64,000 nucleotides of DNA, taken from the NCBI GenBank assembly GCA_963762145.1, contig CAVXJS010000008.1, positions 1-64,000 on the forward strand, written 5' to 3'. The DNA comes from an uncultured Candidatus Rokubacteria bacterium. Lineage in GTDB: Bacteria; Methylomirabilota; Methylomirabilia; Rokubacteriales; CSP1-6. The notes under the pieces are model-generated. The model saw only the letters and a program-made list of their open reading frames with translations. It did not search any database and was not told the origin of the DNA. Shown here one piece after another: positions 59,778 to 64,000 of the stretch; position 1 is the stretch's first letter; every line of letters starts with the position of its first letter. A program made the position numbers and the translations under genes.

Positions 59778-60590
59778 CGCGTCGAGCCGCGGCAGCACGG
59801 TCGCGCGGCTCCGACGGCAGCCCGAAGATCGCGCGCTGGACACCCGCCGCCGCGAGCGCGTCGAGCGCCTCCCTCTTGGGCGGCGCGAAGAAGATCGAGA
59901 CCGGCGCCGACTTCGGATCGCGGCCCGCCTGCTTCAGGCGCTCCCGCAGCTCGGGGATCTGCTCCACCGGGTTCTGGTGCGGGCGCATGATCGGCATCCA
60001 GCCGTCGCCGTACTCGACCACGCGGTCGAACGTCGTCGCGCCGTCGCCGCCGATGATGACCGGCGGGTGCGGCTTCTGCGCCGGCTTGGGATCGGACCAG
60101 ATCTTGTCGAAGTTCACGAACTCGCCGTGGAACTCGCCTCGCGCTTGGTCCAGATCTCCTTCATGGCGAGCACGCGCTCGCGGAGCAGCGCCAGCGCGTC
60201 TTGAACGCGGTGCCGTGGTTCTCCATCTCCTCGGCGTTCCAGCCGCCGCCGATGCCGAAGAGGACGCGGCCGCCCGAGAGCCGGTCGAGCGTGGCGACCT
60301 CCTTGGCGGTGATGATCGGGTCGCGCTCGATGACGAGGCAGATGCCGGTGCCGAGCTTGAGCCGCTTCGTCGCGCCCGCCGCCGCCATCAGCGCGACGAA
60401 CGGATCGTAGGCGGACCAGTACTCCTTGGGCAGCTCGCCGCCGCCCGGCCACGGGCTCCGCCGGCTCGCCGGGATGTGCGTGTGCTCCGGGAACCACAGC
60501 GACTCGAAGCCGCGCTCCTCGAGCGCGCGCGCCAGCTCGTCCGGGCGCGATCGCGTAGTCGGTGGGGAACATGACGACGCCGTAGTCCAT
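59753..60590 (-). CDS. LLM-class, probably F420-dependent oxidoreductase (TIGR03619-like), frameshifted
   Basis: MDYGVVMFPTDY, PEHTHIP, AKEVATLDRLSGGRVLFGIGGGWN, PKPAQKPHPP. Confidence 0.85.
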
Positions 60591-60670
60591 GAGACGCCCT
60601 CCTTCTATCGGGTCGGCGATTGGGCTGGGGGTTCGCGGGCGATTGTACTACCCTGTGCGGCGGACCGGCC

Positions 60671-61772
60671 ATGACCCTCGCCTCGTCACGTCGTGGTGTG
60701 CGGCGCCGGCGTCATGGGCGCCGCGGTGGCCTACTTCCTCGCCCGCCGCGGCGTCGCGCGTCACGCTGGTCGAGCGCTCGGGGGTCGCCTGCGCGGCGTC
60801 GGGCAAGTCGGGCGGCTTCCTCGCGCTCGACTGGTGCGACGGCTCGCCGGTCGGCCCGCTGGCGCGGCTGAGCTTCGCGCTCCACGCCGAGCTGGCGCAC
60901 CGAGCTCGGCGGCGACTACGGCTACCGCCGCATGGACACGTTCATGATGCGGGCGCGCGAGCGGGGCAGCGGTGGCGGGCGGCCCCCGCGTCCCGCGGCG
61001 CCCGCCTGGATCGACGGGCCGGCCGTCGTGGCCGAGCTGCTCGGCTCCACCGAGACCACGGCCCAGATCCATCCCGCGCGCTTCACCGCCGCGCTGTGGA
61101 CGCGGCGCGCGCGCGCGGAGCCGCGCTGCGCATCGGCGTCGTCGAGGGCTGACAGCGGGACGGCGCCGCGACGCGGGGTGAGGGTGGACGGCGAGGCCTC
61201 GCGGCCGACGCCGTCGTGCTCGCCGTGGGCCCGTGGACGGGCCGCGTCGCGCGGCGCTCGCCTGCCGCGGTCCACGGCCTCAAGGGCTACAGCGTGACGC
61301 TCGACGCGGCGGGCGTGCCGGCCCACGCGCTGTTCATGGACTACCGCACTGGCCGACGGCCGCGCGCTCGAGCCCGAGATCTTCCCGCGGCCCGACGGCG
61401 AGGTCTACATCTGCGGGATGGCCGATCCGCCGCCGCTGCCCGACTCGCCGGAGGGCGTGGAGGTGAGCGACGCGGCGTGCGCCGTCCTCGCCCGCGCCGC
61501 CGGGCGCGTCTCCGCCGGCGCTGGCCGCCGCGCCGATCGCGCGCCGCCAGGCCTGCTACCGTCCCGTGACCGACGACGGCCTCCCGCTGATCGGCCGCGT
61601 GCCCGGCGCGCCGGGCGCCTACGTGGCGACCGGCCACGGGCCGTGGGGCATGCTGAACGCGCCCGGCACCGGCCTGGCCCTGGCCGAGCTGATCGCCGAC
61701 GGGCCGCCGCCCTCGTCGACCTCGGCCGTTCGACCCCGCGCGCCTGCCCCCCGGCCATCTGGACTACCATAG
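60671..61772 (+). CDS. FAD-dependent oxidoreductase, DAO/glycine-oxidase family, frameshifted
   Basis: VCGAGVMG, AASGKSGGF, DDGLPLIG, ATGHGPWGMLNAPGTG. Confidence 0.85.
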
Positions 61773-61799
61773 CGGGCCAAACACCGAAACGGAGGCGCC

Positions 61800-63348
61800 A
61801 TGATCGCGTTCGCCCGTCGCTCCGGCCTCGCTACCCTGCTCGCCCTCCTGCTGGTTCTGCCCTCACCGCCCCGGCGGCGGCCGCGCCGGAGGGCACGATG
61901 ACGTGGGGCATCCACGTCACGCTGGCTCCCCGGTGGCTCGACCCGAGCGACACCGAGGCGTTCATCACGCCGTACATGGTGCTGTACGCCATCCACGACG
62001 CGCTGGTGAAGCCGATGCCCGGCGGGCGACAACACGCCGAGCCTGGCCGAGTCGTGGACGGTCGTCGAAGGATGGCCTCACCTACGAGTTCGTGCTCCGC
62101 AAGGGCGTGAAGTTCCAGAACGGCGACCCGGTCACCGCCGAGGACGTCAAGTTCTCCTTCGACCGCTACAAGGGCACCGCGGCCAAGCTGCTCAAGGACC
62201 GCGTGCGCGAGGTGCAGATCGTCGACGCCAGCCGCGTCCGCATTCACTTGAAGGAGCCGTGGCCGGACTTCATGACCTTCTACGGCACCTCGGCCACCGG
62301 CGCGGCGTGGATCGTGCCGAAGAAGTACGTGGAGCAGGTCGGCGAGGACGGCTTCAAGAAGGCGCCGATCGGCGCGGGGCCGTACAAGTTCGTGAGCACC
62401 AACCCCGGCGTGGACCTGGTCATGGAGGCGTGGGAGGGCTACTGGCGCAAGGTGCCGTCGGTGAAACGGCTGGTGTTCAAGAGCATGCCCGACGAGACGA
62501 CGCGCGCCGCCGCGCTCAAGGCGGGCGAGGTCGACATCGTGTACCTCTTGAGCGGGCCCACCGCGGCGGAGGTCAAGCGGACGCCGGGGCTGCGCCTCGC
62601 CGCGGCGGTGCCGCCGGGCGTGCCGTTCCTCGACCTGCCCGAGCAGTGGGACGCGAAGTCGCCGTGGCCGACCGGCGCGTGCGTCTGGCCGCGAGCTACG
62701 CCCTCGACCGCAAGGCGCTCAACGAGGCCGAGACGCTCGGCATGTCGCGGCCGACCGGTGGGCTCATCCCGCGCTCGCTCGAGTTCGCGAGGGTGTTCGA
62801 GCCGCCGGCCCACGATCCCGCGCGGGCCAAGAAGCTCCTCGCCGAGGCGGGCTACCCGAACGGGTTCGACGCCGGCGCGCTGACGCCGTTTCCTCCGTTC
62901 TTCTCGCTCGCCGAGGGCCTGGGCAACTACCTGCAGGCCGTCGGGCATCAAGACCCGGATGCGCACGATGGAGCGCGCGGCATTCCTCACCGAGTGGCGG
63001 GACAAGAAGCTCAAGAACGTGATCATGGGACTGGGCGCGCCCGCCGGCAACGCCGCGACGCGCATCGAGGCCTACGTGCTCAAGAACGGGATCTACGCCA
63101 ACGGCGTGGTGCCGGAGATCGAGGATCTCTACGCGCGGCAGGCGCGCGAGATCGACCGGAAGAAGCGCGAGGCGCTGGTGCACCAGATGCAGGACATCAT
63201 GCACGAGCGCGTGCTCCACGTGCCGATCTACGAGCTGGCCTTCCTGTGGGGCGTCGGCCCGCGGGTGGAGGAGGCGTGCGTGGACCACATCAAGGGCTTC
63301 TCGTACTCCGCGCCCTACGAGGACCTGAAGCTCAAGGCCCCGCGGTAA
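61800..63348 (+). CDS. Family-5 ABC substrate-binding protein, frameshifted
   Basis: LRKGVKFQNGDPVTAEDVKFSF, PIGAGPYKF, LLAEAGYPNGF. Confidence 0.88.
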
Positions 63349-63372
63349 ACCCGCTTCACAGGAGAGGTCCCC

Positions 63373-64000
63373 ATGGACATCGTCGACTCGCAGGTCCACA
63401 TCTGGGCCGCGGATACGCCGGAGCGGCCGTGGCCGGCGGGCCGCGCGGCCGAAGCGCAGAAGCCGTACCCGATCCGCAAGGAGACGCTGCTGTTCCAGAT
63501 GGACCTGGCCGGGGTGCGCCGCATGGTGCTGGTGCCGCCGTCCTGGGAGGGCGACCGCAACGACCTGGCGCTGGAGGCGGCGCGCACGTACCCCGACCGG
63601 TTCGCCGTCATGGGCCGCCTGGCGCTGCAGGACCCGGAGAGCCGCGCGCTGCGTGGCCGACTGGCGGAAGCAGCCGGGCATGCTCGGCATGCGCTTCACC
63701 TTCCACAACGAGCACAATCGCCACTTCCTCACCGACGGCACCGCCGACTGGCTGTGGCCGGCCGCGGAGAAGGCGGGCATCCCGCTGATGGTGCTGGTGC
63801 CGGGCGCGCTCGACCACCTCGACCGGATCGCCGAGCAGCATCCCGGCCTCAAGCTCGTGATCGATCACGTGGGCTCAGCCGTGCGCGGCAAGGCGCCAAG
63901 GTCTGGGACGAGCTGCCGAGGTCTGCGCGCTGGCCAAGCACCCGAACGTGGCGGTGAAGGCCTCGGGCATGCCGTCGCTGTCGAGCGAGCCCTACCCGTT
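63373..64000 (+). CDS. Amidohydrolase_2-family protein, partial and frameshifted
   Basis: IVDSQVHIW, AGVRRMVLVPPS, YPDRF, LVIDH. Confidence 0.85.

Overview
GC-rich bacterial chromosomal DNA. Gene content (several F420-type LLM oxidoreductases, family-5 ABC substrate-binding proteins, a DUF748 giant, a GGGGTCAGGTCTTG palindrome) resembles Ca. Rokubacteria/Methylomirabilota; this taxonomy is an inference only. Many genes at 1-9 kb, 17.7-18.2 kb and 49.6-64 kb are broken by single-base indels, most likely long-read consensus errors. Layout: (1) 1-12.7 kb, minus-strand housekeeping block tRNA-Val(GAC)-thrS-infC-rpmI-rplT-pheS-pheT-zapB-like-zapA-6S RNA-rny-ymdB-folD-DUF559-xseA, with six REP-like palindromes. 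(2) 12.7-28.9 kb, 5'-nucleotidase, TonB, a PhnD-like protein plus hybrid kinase, DAHP synthase with an unannotated Trp/Tyr/Phe leader-peptide attenuator, and assorted enzymes. (3) 28.9-35.8 kb, an accessory region with a RiPP-like trio (NHLP/Nif11-like leader peptide, stand-alone cNMP-binding protein, RRE-like/M50 protein with HQxxH), an ECF sigma/ZAS/Spy module, a RAPP-motif candidate arrest peptide, and deletion scars. (4) 35.8-64 kb, catabolic and transport genes. No CRISPR array, rRNA, integrase or transposase was seen. Best candidates for new biology: the RiPP-like trio, the aroF attenuator, the RAPP peptide and the DUF559/REP association.
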